The position numbers and the translations under genes are program-made. DNA of 64,000 nt, taken from contig NIVC01000100.1 of assembly GCA_002269645.1 (NCBI GenBank), positions 496,001 through 560,000 of the forward strand, read 5' to 3'. This DNA comes from Macrostomum lignano. Its lineage: Eukaryota. This document shows, piece after piece, positions 26,691 through 36,487 of the stretch. Every line of letters begins with the position of its first letter. Positions within the stretch are counted from its first letter, which is position 1. The notes below the pieces were generated by a model. That model did not search any database, was not told the origin of the DNA, and saw only the letters and a list, made by a program, of their open reading frames with translations.

Positions 26691-26945
26691 AGCACATCTC
26701 ACTGAGCACATCTCACTGAGCACATCTCACTGAGCACATCTCACTGAGCACATCTCACTGAGCATATCTCACTGAGCATATCTCACTGAGCACATCTCAC
26801 TGAGCACATCTCACTGAGCACATCTCACTGAGCACATCTCATTGAGAACAGCTCATTGAGTACACTCACTGAGCACATCTCATTGAGCACATCTCACTGA
26901 GTACGTCTCATTGAGCACATCTCACTGAGTACATCTCATCGAGCA
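26691..26945. repeat. 14-bp minisatellite (GCACATCTCACTGA)
   Basis: Direct tandem repeat. Confidence 0.92.
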
Positions 26946-27216
26946 CACCAAAATCCCCTTTGTTTTCACAGGCCACCGCAAACTGCCCCTCGACATCCAA
27001 AAAAGACACTTCGGTGCAATCTGCTTTGCCAGAAAACGAGAAGCAACAGAAGTCTGCTGGTGGAGGCCCTGAGGTTTGAATAATCAGGAGCTGTCATAAT
27101 CTTTCCATTAGTCAAACCATTATAATTGTGCTCAAATTCCCACAACTCAATTGCAGAAATTCAACAGGCCAAGGACTGCTTAAGAAGCCACCACAGCCGC
27201 CGCCCTCCCAGTCGCC

Positions 27217-29244
27217 ATGGACGGCTTGCGCATTCGCAGGTCACCGCATACGGGCTCTCCCAGCTGGCTAGCGAAGCTCAACACTGGCTACAATCAGAGG
27301 GCCAGACAGGGCTTCGTGTACTGGTTCACCGGACGGCCGAAACCGACTCAATGTGAGTAAAATGATAGCTGATGATGCTTGGTTTGTTGTCAAGGGGATC
27401 TGGTTAGACGCATTTGGTTCCCTTTGTGAGATCCTTAGGAGCAGCCTTACTTCCCTTACAAGATCCTTTGATGTTGCCTTAATTCCCCTACAAGATCATT
27501 TGGTGTTGCCTTAATTCCCCTACATGATCCTTTGGTGTTGTCTTAATTCCATTATAAGACCCTTTGATGTTGCCTTAATTCCCCTACAAGATTCTTTGAT
27601 GTGCTTTAATTCCCCTACAATTGATCCTTGGATTTTGCCTTAATTCCCCTACAAGATCCTTTGATGTGCCTTAATTCCCCTACAAGATCCTTTGATGTGC
27701 CTTAATTCCCCTACCAGATCATTTGGTGTTGCCTTAATTCCCCTACATGATCCTTTGGTGTTGTCTTAATTCCCCTACAAGATCCTTTGATGGTGCCTTA
27801 ATTCCCCTACAATTGATCCTTTGATGTGCCCTAATTCTCCTACAAGATCCTTTGATGTTGCCTTAATTCCCTTATAAGATTCTTTGATGTGTCTTAATTC
27901 CCCTACCAGATCATTTGGTGTTGCCTTAATTCCCCTACAAGATCATTTGGTGTTGCCTTAATTCCCCTACATGATCCTTTGGTGTTGTCTTAATTCCATT
28001 ATAAGATCCTTTGATGTGCCTTAATTCCCCTACAAGATCCTTTGATGTGCCTTAATTCCCCTACAAGATCCTTTGATGGTGCCTTAATTCCCCTACAAGA
28101 TCCTTTGATGTGCCTTAATTCCCCTACAAGATCCTTTGATGTTGCCTTAATTCCCTTATAAGATTCTTTGATGTGCTTTAATTCCCCTACAATTGATCCT
28201 TGGATTTTGCCTTAATTCCCCTACAAGATCCTTTGATGTGCCTTAATTCCCCTACCAGATCATTTGGTGTTGCCTTAATTCCCCTACATGATCCTTTGGT
28301 GTTGTCTTAATTCCCCTACAAGATCCTTTGATGGTGCCTTAATTCCCCTACAATTGATCCTTTGATGTGCCCTAATTCTCCTACAAGATCCTTTGATGGT
28401 GCCTTAATTCCCCTACAAGATCCTTTGATGGTGCCTTAATTCTCCTACAAGATCCTTTGATGTTGCCTTAATTCCCTTATAAGATTCTTTGATGTGTCTT
28501 AATTCCCCTACCAGATCATTTGGTGTTGCCTTAATTCCCCTACATGATCCTTTGATGTGTCTAAATTCCCCTACAAGATCCTTTGATGTTGCCTTAATTC
28601 CCTTATAAGATTCTTTGATGTGCTTTAATTCCCCTACAATTGATCCTTGGATTTTGCCTTAATTCCCCTACAAGATCCTTTGATGTGCTTTAATTCCCCT
28701 ACAAGATCCTTTGATGTGCCTTAATTCCCCTACAAGATCCTTTGATGCGCCCTAATTCCCCTACAAGATCCTTTGATGTTGCCTTAATTCCCCTACAAGA
28801 TCATTTGATGTGCTTTAATTCCCCTACAAGATCCTTTGATGTGCCTTAATTCCCCTACAAGATCCTTTGATGTTGCCTTAATTCCCCTACAAGATCCTTT
28901 GATGTGCTTTAATTCCCCTACAAGATCCTTTGATGTGCCTTAATTCCCCTACAAGATCCTTTGATGTTGCCTTAATTCCCCTACAAGATCCTTTGATGGT
29001 GCCTTAATTCCCCTACAAGATCCTTTGATGGTGCCTTAATTCCCCTACAAGATCCTTTGATGTTGCCTTAATTCTTCTACAAGATCATTTGATGCGCCCT
29101 AATTCCCCTACAATTGATCCTTTGATTTTGCCTTAATTCCTCTACAAGATCCTTTGGTGTTGCCTCACCATCCCCGCAGTCGGTCGGTACAGCACCGGAG
29201 CGAAGCACATGCAGTACGGTCTCGGCATGGCGCCAAGAAGTTAA
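27217..29244 (+). CDS. Candidate small spliced ORF (27217-27352 + 29180-29244; 66 aa MDGLRIRR...GLGMAPRS), possibly the 3' part of a larger or disrupted gene starting at 26359
   Basis: GC-rich exon-like islands with T|gtgagt donor and cccgcag| acceptor in compatible phase. No recognised homology. Confidence 0.3.
27440..29165. repeat. 31/32-bp minisatellite (CCCCTACAAGATCCTTTGATGTGCCTTAATT)
   Basis: 31-bp spacing (28681/28712). Confidence 0.95.
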
Positions 29245-29587
29245 ACGAAAGTTAGACAACATTTCGATGAAGACGAAGAAAACATTTCTGTCTTATCAAT
29301 AGCATTAACCAACAGGTCTGCACAGAATTTACGTTTACAATGAACAGTAAATATTTAGAAATTAGTTGTATATTTTTGCACAGGTAACGCCTTGTCAATT
29401 ACAACATAAAACTTGGAAAAACTGTTTTTAAATTTGCTTTCAATCAAATATACAGTAGAAAGCTTTTAAAATATTATTTTTCGCTAACCGTATATCGTAG
29501 AATTTTGTTTTAATTTCAACGTAAATATGAATTTAGATTCAATAGCTATCTGTTTTAATGGATGCTAGCTGCATCACTTCAAGACTA

Positions 29588-29790
29588 TCGATGATCTAGT
29601 GAGCGGTACTCCACTCTCGATGATCTAGTGAGCGTCACTCCACTCTCGATGATCTTGTGAGCGTCACTCCACTCTCGGTGATCTAGTGAGCGTCACTCCA
29701 CTCTCGGTGATCTAGTGAGCGTCACTCCACTCTCGGTGATCTGGTGAGCGTCACTCCACTCTCGGTGATCTAGTGAGCGTCATTCCAAGA
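29588..29790. repeat. 29-bp minisatellite (GATGATCTAGTGAGCGTCACTCCACTCTC)
   Basis: 29-bp spacing (29641/29670). Confidence 0.9.
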
Positions 29791-29910
29791 TACTCAGATA
29801 GAGGTATCTAGAGTGAGGGATCTAGAGGATCAGTGAGGGATCTAGGGACTTAGTGAGGGATCTTAGGGACTCTATGAGGGACCAGGGACTCACTTAGAGG
29901 ACTTAGGGCC

Positions 29911-30185
29911 TGTTTGGGAGGTAGATTATTAACTTATTGATTTTCTATTCATTGCATGATTTAATGTACTGCTTTATTCAGTTCGCTATGTACGCTGGTC
30001 TAGACCAGGCCCATTTCACCCACCCCCACCGCTGGCTGATATTCTGGCTGACTGCAAATAAATATATCATCGAGAGGGCTTGCGGGCCCTGTACGGTTTA
30101 CGGTTTTCGTTTTGTTAGCGTCTCGCTTGAGCCTCAGCTCCAAAATAGTTTGGCGGACCATCGGTCTGTTCATTTCTACAGTACA
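29911..30185 (+). repeat. 5' LTR of BEL/Pao element
   Basis: Starts TG after the TSD, ends CTACAGTACA, immediately followed by the PBS. Confidence 0.8.
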
Positions 30186-30188
30186 TTT

Positions 30189-30206
30189 TGGTAGCAGAGC
30201 GTGGTT
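30189..30206 (+). promoter_or_regulatory. Primer-binding site TGGTAGCAGAGCGTGGTT, complementary to an initiator-tRNA-Met-type 3' end
   Basis: 3 nt after the 5' LTR; complement ends ...CTCTGCTACCA as in eukaryotic tRNA-iMet. Confidence 0.75.
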
Positions 30207-30397
30207 GGACAAGCCTAACTTACCGCTGACGTGGCAAGCAATAGAATCCTACTGTGAAACAAAGGACCAGGATGGACAGTGACGACGCCAATGAGCAGCA
30301 GCAGCAGGAAGCTCAAGACGATGCCTGCGCCCTACGTTTGGAGAAGCTGCGCTTCGAGAAAACCCGAAAAAAGCAGAGTTCACTGTGGTAGCGTGGG

Positions 30398-30691
30398 GCA
30401 CGCGAAGGCGTATTCAGCATGCCAGTGAAGTATGAGACAGACTAGGCCCATGGGCTAACGTCTGCGATGCTTCACGCCTGCCCCTATCTTCAGCAGGTCA
30501 AGGCTGGTGGGAGGTCTGCACCCTCTACATGTATTTGCCTCTGGCAGCCGCAGACCCCCCCCCCCACGCTGTCTCGCAAGTCGACCCAGGGTACTCGTCC
30601 CCGCGTGTGTTCAAGGCAGTCCCTAGGGCTGCTGGACAGACTGGGCTCCGGCGCTGGCGACCCTATCCAGTGGCTTCGGCCGAATTTGGGT
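30398..30691 (+). ncRNA. Candidate HDV-like self-cleaving ribozyme at the LINE 5' end
   Basis: P1 GCACGCG(30398-404)/CGCGTGT(30602-608) with G1-U wobble; P2 ACCCA(30584-588)/TGGGT(30687-691); P3 GGG/CCC around L3 TACTCGT(30592-598); GT after P1; J4/2 CGAA(30681-684). Folded by hand. Confidence 0.7.
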
Positions 30692-30923
30692 ATGCGGGTC
30701 TGGCTCGCCAACCTGCAGGCCGTGGTACTGCTCAACGTAATCTCTAATGCCTAAGGTGTTGACCGTGCCGATGGGCTGGAAGGCCGGGGAGTAGTCCGGT
30801 CGCAAGCGGTCCCCCTCCTGGTGTCGGGCCAGCCTTGAGGGTGCTATTGGCCTACTGCCCGGTCAGGTGGAGCGGCCGGGTGGGTACCGCGCCCCTTTGA
30901 GGGTAGCCCACCAACCTTCTATC

Positions 30924-32432
30924 ATGGCCTTCGAGCCGTCTATGGATAAACAAGCTATTTCTAGGGACGGGGACCCTTCTAAACCCCAACCTCAGTCCGA
31001 AGGACCGGCCGGCCCTGCTGGCAGATCCCAACCGACTGATTCAACTGTGGCAAAGGAAGGACCGGCTGGCTCTGCTGGCAGATCCGACCAGAGCTACCAA
31101 ACTCAAAATACCCAAAGACCTGCCAGCTCCGCTGGTGGATCTAAGGGAACCGCGAGCTCTGAGCCTAAAGGACCGGCCAAATCTGGCAGATCCGACGAAG
31201 CTCAGCGGGCTCGGCTTGAGCGCAAACGCGCTAAACAACGCGCCAAAAGGCAGGCCAAGAAGGGAGCTGCGGGGGCCAAAGCGGCGGCGTCCACCATGGA
31301 TGCTGAAGCGACTGGCGTCCCAAGGCAACCAGACGGGCCGGCCGGTGGAAGCTCCGGTAGTTCAGCGGCGGCGCTCCCTGGAGATGCTGCTGCGGCTGCT
31401 GAGGCCGAAACCACGGCGCAACAAATGGCCACTGCCAACAAGGAGGTTCCTTCGGGAGCTACCTTTGCGGCGAAGGCCAAGGCCAAAATCCCGGGAGTGA
31501 TCATCCAAGGTCACGACCAGGACTGGACCTTGGGCCAGATCAGCTTCAAAAAGTGTGGAGTGCTGTTGACTCCTATCTGATTGAGCTGACTGTCGAGAAG
31601 GGAATCTCCATCGGCATTGAGCGGATGGTGCTGCGAAGCACATTCGTTCTTATTGCTCCTAGCAGCGAGGAGGACGCTCGGCAGCTGCTCCAGCGGCTAC
31701 CGACGGTCTCCTTGGATGCTGACCTTGGCGGAGCTCTTTTTCTTCGCGAGGGCCAGCGTCCAAAGACGATACCCTATGTGGTTTTCGTCCCTGCTAAGAG
31801 CACCGCAGCTGGACCAGACGTTATTCGCCGGGTCCTACTGCGTCTGAACCCCGACCTCCCTGCTAGTGGACTGGTGTATCACCGCAAAGTCCGCAGGGGG
31901 GAGACGGGCAACTCAATTGTCCTCGGCCTTTCCAGCACTTGGGCGAGTCGGTACCCTAATGGATCCTCTTTCCAGTTGGGTGCCCTCAAGCTCAAGATGC
32001 GCCGAGGAAAGTCTGCCAAAGGGAAGGCTTCTGCCAACCCCGGCATCTCCGGCAAGAGCGGGGCGCAGTCTAAGGCCCAAGGAAAGGCGCAAGCCGATCC
32101 CAAAGCCAAAGCTGCGTCTCGCCCCTCTGCTAGCAGCAGTTCGGCGACCGCGGTAACGGCTCCGGCCAAGCCCCGGGAACCAAACCTGCCAGTCGGAGAA
32201 GGAGTTGAGGACGAGGCCGGGTCTTCGGAATCCGAGCTCTCCTCGGCCACCCTGGTGGGGTCTGAAGGTAAAGATGCAGGTGAGGAAGCTTCCTCCATCC
32301 TGTCATCGGAGCCTGAGGACTCTGCTGGGGGGGGGGGTGGGTGAGGAGGCCATGGACGTCGACCAACTCCCATCTCCCAGTCAAGCCCCAGCGGCCTGGG
32401 ACGAGGACGATCTGTTGTCCAAGTCTCCTTGA
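30924..32432 (+). CDS. LINE ORF1 (gag-like nucleic-acid-binding protein) with two homopolymer frameshifts
   Basis: Joins ORFs 30867..31580, 31553..32344 and the end of 32205..32432. Breaks fall in A5 (31548-31552) and G11 (32327-32337). Basic stretch and an RRVLLRLNPDL motif; no zinc knuckle seen. Confidence 0.7.
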
Positions 32433-32471
32433 TGGCCCTGGGCTCTAGCCAGAAATTGCATTTAATACAGT

Positions 32472-35400
32472 ATGACTAAGCTCCACGCTGCCAAAGGAGC
32501 GACATTCTGTCTGCAAATTAATTTACAGCATTGCGTATCTGCGTCAGTAAATCTGATGAAGATTGCTGAGCTGTACAGGCCAGGCCTCATCCTGATCCAG
32601 GAACCCTGGATGCGCAACGGTAAGTTGCCCAACATTCCCTCTGGCTACTCTGATTTTTATGTGTGTGGCCCGGGGAACAGTCGCCCTAGAGCGGCTATCC
32701 TCGCTGCTAGCCATCTCCAGGCTTGGCTGAGGACTGATCTCTCTGATGGAGACCTTTGCGTCATCCAATCTAATCATTTCTCTCCGCGTACGTGTCTTGT
32801 TGCCTCGGTTTATATCCCAGGCGACAGAGACCCTGCTCCTGAGAGTTTACTGCGCCTCGCGCAGTACTGCGAGTCCCAGAACGCTGAGCTGTGCTTAGGG
32901 GGCGACCTCAACGCGCACCACAAGCACTGGGGCAGCAAAGATACCAACACTAGAGGAGAGGAGCTTCTGGCCCTCATCTCTAACACAAACCTCATGCTCT
33001 GCAACCGCGGCAGCACTCCTACCTTTAATAATGGCAGATGGACCGAGGTCCTCGACGCCACACTCGTTACCCCAAGACTCTTTGACAGAGTTGAGGAGTG
33101 GAGAGTCTGGTCTGAGGAGCCCTCCCTGTCTGACCACTGCTTTATCGCCTTTAACATCGCGGACACTAAAACCCAGTCTCCGATCACTTGGAGACGCAAT
33201 ATCCGCAACACTGATTGGGCGGCCTACAAGGCTGCCCTTGATCTGCACCTGCAGGAACTCACGGACTTACGTCCGATTGAGACCTGCGAGGATGTGGATC
33301 ATATGGCTGAGACGCTGACAGGTTGCATTATTGAAGCCTACGAAGCGGCTTGTCCTGCTCGCGCCTACAAAGGCAAGACCTCGGCGCCGTGGTGGAACCC
33401 GGAGCTGGGGAAACTCAGGCGGAAGGCCAAAAGCCTTCATCGCCGTGCCATGAAGACCGGAAACCCGGAGGACATGGAGCTTTTCCGGCAAGCCTCCCGC
33501 AATTTCAAATCTGAAGTGCGCAAGGCCAAGGAATGTAAGTGGCGCCAATTCTGCAATGAATTGGATCAAGACAGACCTACTTCTAGGCTTGTCAAGGCCC
33601 ATACAATGGACAAAATGTCCAAATTAGCCATGATCAAAAAAGATGATGGCTCTCTTACTAAAGACCCTGAAGAAGTGCTTCAGCATATGCTCAGCACATT
33701 CTTCCCGAGGGTACCTACTGCTAGACCGGAGCCCAACCATTCGATGGATGGAGCCACCCTAGCGGCGGGCATTGTCACTGAAGACCAAATCGCTCGTGCG
33801 GTCAGAACCTTCAAACCCTTCAAATCTCCTGGACCTGATGGTATCTACCCTGTTCTCCTTCGTGAAGCAGCCAAGATACCCTCGTTCCTGAGACTCACCC
33901 GCAATCTTATGCGGGCCTCTATCCAGCTGGGATACGTTCCCAAATGCTGGACTGAAGCTCGGGTAGTCTTTATTCCCAAACCTGGGAAGGGTGACTACCA
34001 AAGCGTCAAGGCCTTCCGGCCTATTAGCTTAACGTCAGCAATGCTTAAGCTCACTGAGAGGCTTATTCTCTGGCGGCTGCTGTCCTGCGAGCTGACAGCG
34101 ATGCCCCTCAGCAATAATCAGCACGCCTTCCGTACCGGGAGGTCGACTGACAGCGCCTTGCATGCGATTGTCGAGAAGATTGAAAGGGCGGTACTGGGTG
34201 ACGGTTACGCTCTGGCTCTCTTTCTTGACATTGTTGGCGCCTTCGACAACGTTATCTTTGAAGCGTTTCAGAGGTCCCTTCAAAATCGCAAAGCTCATGC
34301 TACCCTCATACGGTGGATCATGTACATGATCTCCAACCGTACGGTCACTGCCCAACTTCTTGGGCAAACTGCCTCCACCAGAGTCTGTAAGGGTGGACCC
34401 CAAGGCGGAGTCCTCACCCCGACGCTCTGGAACCTGGTCATGGACGCTCTTTTGAGTGACTCCCGACCCGACCCCGTCTTCAAAGTCGGGTATGCTGATG
34501 ACGTCACGGCCATTGTGGCAGGACCGTCTCCCAGCACGCTCAGGGATCTGATGCAGAGCTTTATCCGCAAAGCAGAATCCTGGGCCAATGACAATGGTCT
34601 GGAACTCTCTGAGCCCAAAACCGTTGCCATTATGTTTACCAGCAGACTACGCTGGAACATACGTCCTTTGCAGCTCTACGGCAGAGATATTGCCTTCGCG
34701 CACCAGACCAGATGTCTCGGGGTCATACTTGACCACCGGCTCAACTGGTCCTTCCACGTGAAAGCAAAAGCCAAGCGCGCCTCAGCCATCCTGGCCCAGC
34801 TCCGACGAGCACTTGGCACTTCTTGGGGTCTATCCCCAAAGCGGCTTTGGTGGATCTATACTTCCGTAGTTAGACCTGCCATTACGTACGCCTCTGTTGT
34901 CTGGGTTAGCGCTGCCCAGGTCAAAAGCCATGCAGACCTGCTCAACACGATCCAAGGCAGAGCGTGTAGGCTCATCTGCAACGCCACCAGGTCCACGCCC
35001 TTTGCTGGCATGGGGGCCTTCCTTAATCTTCCGCCTCTTGACCTCTTCATCAGGGGTGAGGCGGCTAGAACGACGCGGCGTCTAATTGATGCCGGCGTCA
35101 AATTCATTTACATGAGAGCACCTGCTAAGCGGAACCTTGTCCCGCATAGCGATCTGTGCCTCAACTTTCTCAACGAGTGTCAGGCCAATCGCGTCTTCAC
35201 CGATGGCATTGCCTCAACGCTCAACCTGAGACAGCGCTACTCCGTAGCTATCGACTCGCGCGATAACATCAATGACCAATGGAACCCTGGTGAGCTTCAT
35301 TGCTACACCGACGGTTCTAAGCAGTCAGCCAACACCGGCTTTGGTGTTGGAATCTTTCTGAACGGGAGGGTCATCGCTACCCACGCTCAATACACTGGGG

Positions 35401-36212
35401 TCAACTCCAGTGTTTTCCAAAATGAAGTTCTGGCCATCAGCTCCTGCACTGCAGAGCTTCTCGCCACTGGCGTTACTGGTAAGAACATCATTTTCCATTC
35501 GGACAGCCAAGCTGCCTTGCACGCCATCAGTGGCTGCAGCACCAACTCTGCTACAGTCCTCGACTGTATCAAACTCCTCAACATGTTGGGTTCCGCCAAC
35601 AAAATTACCCTTAAGTGGGTTCCGGGGCATGTGAGGATCCGAGGAAATGAGTTGGCTGACACCCTTGCAAAAGTTGGTGCCTCCGGCTCCTCTCTCGGCC
35701 CCGAACCTCTTGTCCCGATTCCTAGCTGTGTCATCGACTCGCGCATCAAAGCGTGGATCAGGACTCAGCACCGCTCGACTTGGGCGAACCGCACGAACTG
35801 CAGGCAATCCAGAGGCGCTGTCCCTCAGCCCTCTCACCAGCTTCGGAAGCTCCTCTTGCGCCTCTCGCGCAGAGACATCCGGGCTGCCACCATGACCCTC
35901 TCTGGTCACGGCTGCTTCTCCAGGCACCAGTACCTGCAGGGCAACGCCACCAACGCCACCTGTAGCTTCTGCAACTCAGGTGACGAAACCGCTGAGCATT
36001 TTGTCAGCATCTGTCCCGCCTTCACGCGGGCCAGACTCACTTACCTCGGGCCACACACATCTATTACTGAAGCGTGCAAACCCGAAAACTTTAATCAGCT
36101 CATGCGCTACCTTCGGGCCACCCGCAGGGCTGAACTCTCCTTTCCAGAGAGCACCATAGCTGCTGGCGACACTGGGGGACCTCCCTGGGCGGCGCCAACC
36201 CTCCGTCCATAG
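32472..36212 (+). CDS. LINE ORF2 polyprotein, 1246 aa, uninterrupted: AP endonuclease, reverse transcriptase, RNase H, C-terminal CCHC
   Basis: QINLQH, LIQEPW, GDLNAHH..WG and SDH (APE); PGPDG, FRPISL, LDIVGAFD, PQGGVLTP and YADD (RT); YTDGSK, SDSQAAL and KWVPGH..GNELAD (RNase H); CSFC..ETAEHFVSIC. Confidence 0.96.
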   Translation: MTKLHAAKGATFCLQINLQHCVSASVNLMKIAELYRPGLILIQEPWMRNGKLPNIPSGYSDFYVCGPGNSRPRAAILAASHLQAWLRTDLSDGDLCVIQSNHFSPRTCLVASVYIPGDRDPAPESLLRLAQYCESQNAELCLGGDLNAHHKHWGSKDTNTRGEELLALISNTNLMLCNRGSTPTFNNGRWTEVLDATLVTPRLFDRVEEWRVWSEEPSLSDHCFIAFNIADTKTQSPITWRRNIRNTDWAAYKAALDLHLQELTDLRPIETCEDVDHMAETLTGCIIEAYEAACPARAYKGKTSAPWWNPELGKLRRKAKSLHRRAMKTGNPEDMELFRQASRNFKSEVRKAKECKWRQFCNELDQDRPTSRLVKAHTMDKMSKLAMIKKDDGSLTKDPEEVLQHMLSTFFPRVPTARPEPNHSMDGATLAAGIVTEDQIARAVRTFKPFKSPGPDGIYPVLLREAAKIPSFLRLTRNLMRASIQLGYVPKCWTEARVVFIPKPGKGDYQSVKAFRPISLTSAMLKLTERLILWRLLSCELTAMPLSNNQHAFRTGRSTDSALHAIVEKIERAVLGDGYALALFLDIVGAFDNVIFEAFQRSLQNRKAHATLIRWIMYMISNRTVTAQLLGQTASTRVCKGGPQGGVLTPTLWNLVMDALLSDSRPDPVFKVGYADDVTAIVAGPSPSTLRDLMQSFIRKAESWANDNGLELSEPKTVAIMFTSRLRWNIRPLQLYGRDIAFAHQTRCLGVILDHRLNWSFHVKAKAKRASAILAQLRRALGTSWGLSPKRLWWIYTSVVRPAITYASVVWVSAAQVKSHADLLNTIQGRACRLICNATRSTPFAGMGAFLNLPPLDLFIRGEAARTTRRLIDAGVKFIYMRAPAKRNLVPHSDLCLNFLNECQANRVFTDGIASTLNLRQRYSVAIDSRDNINDQWNPGELHCYTDGSKQSANTGFGVGIFLNGRVIATHAQYTGVNSSVFQNEVLAISSCTAELLATGVTGKNIIFHSDSQAALHAISGCSTNSATVLDCIKLLNMLGSANKITLKWVPGHVRIRGNELADTLAKVGASGSSLGPEPLVPIPSCVIDSRIKAWIRTQHRSTWANRTNCRQSRGAVPQPSHQLRKLLLRLSRRDIRAATMTLSGHGCFSRHQYLQGNATNATCSFCNSGDETAEHFVSICPAFTRARLTYLGPHTSITEACKPENFNQLMRYLRATRRAELSFPESTIAAGDTGGPPWAAPTLRP

Positions 36213-36487
36213 CGACGCGTCGGCCGTTCAGGGACTAGCGGAATGGGCGCCCGCGCCTTCCCGCTGTGTCCCCTTCGGGACAGCCCTGCAGCTAAGTCAA
36301 GAAGACTAAGTCAAGTGGTAGCGTGGGTCTGCTCAGTTGCTCCGCTCAGTGTAATGTACAGTGCAGGTGTACACCTGCACGCGCGCGTGTGATTGGCTGA
36401 CGCTTTGTCAGACAACCTTTATTGTTGGCCAGCTATATTAAATACAAGCTCTCTGCCTTTGGGGGGTCTTACCCCCGAAGTGGAGGT

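Larger units (their letters stand above)
30398..36314 (+). mobile_element. Full-length non-LTR retrotransposon (APE-RT-RNase H-CCHC; R1/LOA(Lian)-like group)
   Basis: 13-bp TSD GTGGTAGCGTGGG (30385-30397, 36315-36327). 5' UTR, ORF1, ORF2, structured 3' UTR and CTAAGTCAA-GAAGA-CTAAGTCAA tail. Clade assignment is inferred from domain layout. Confidence 0.93.
30384..36487. mobile_element. 174-bp insert in Pao gag (30384-30397 + 36328-36487, split by the LINE); solo-LTR/MITE-like
   Basis: Flanked by TTCAC (30379-30383 and 36488-36492). Removal rejoins the gag N-terminus (ATG 30272) to ...SCKNKLSWLLKTRASDDEVQV apart from one extra A in an A6 run. Begins TGTGG but does not end in CA. Confidence 0.55.

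Noticed and set aside
7205-29790. Hammerhead ribozymes in satellite units (known from some flatworm and newt satellites)
   Set aside because: No CUGANGA + GAAA core found by eye in any repeat consensus on either strand.
30467-35965. Short antisense and alternate-frame ORFs overlapping the LINE
   Set aside because: Shadow ORFs of GC-rich coding DNA; no motifs.
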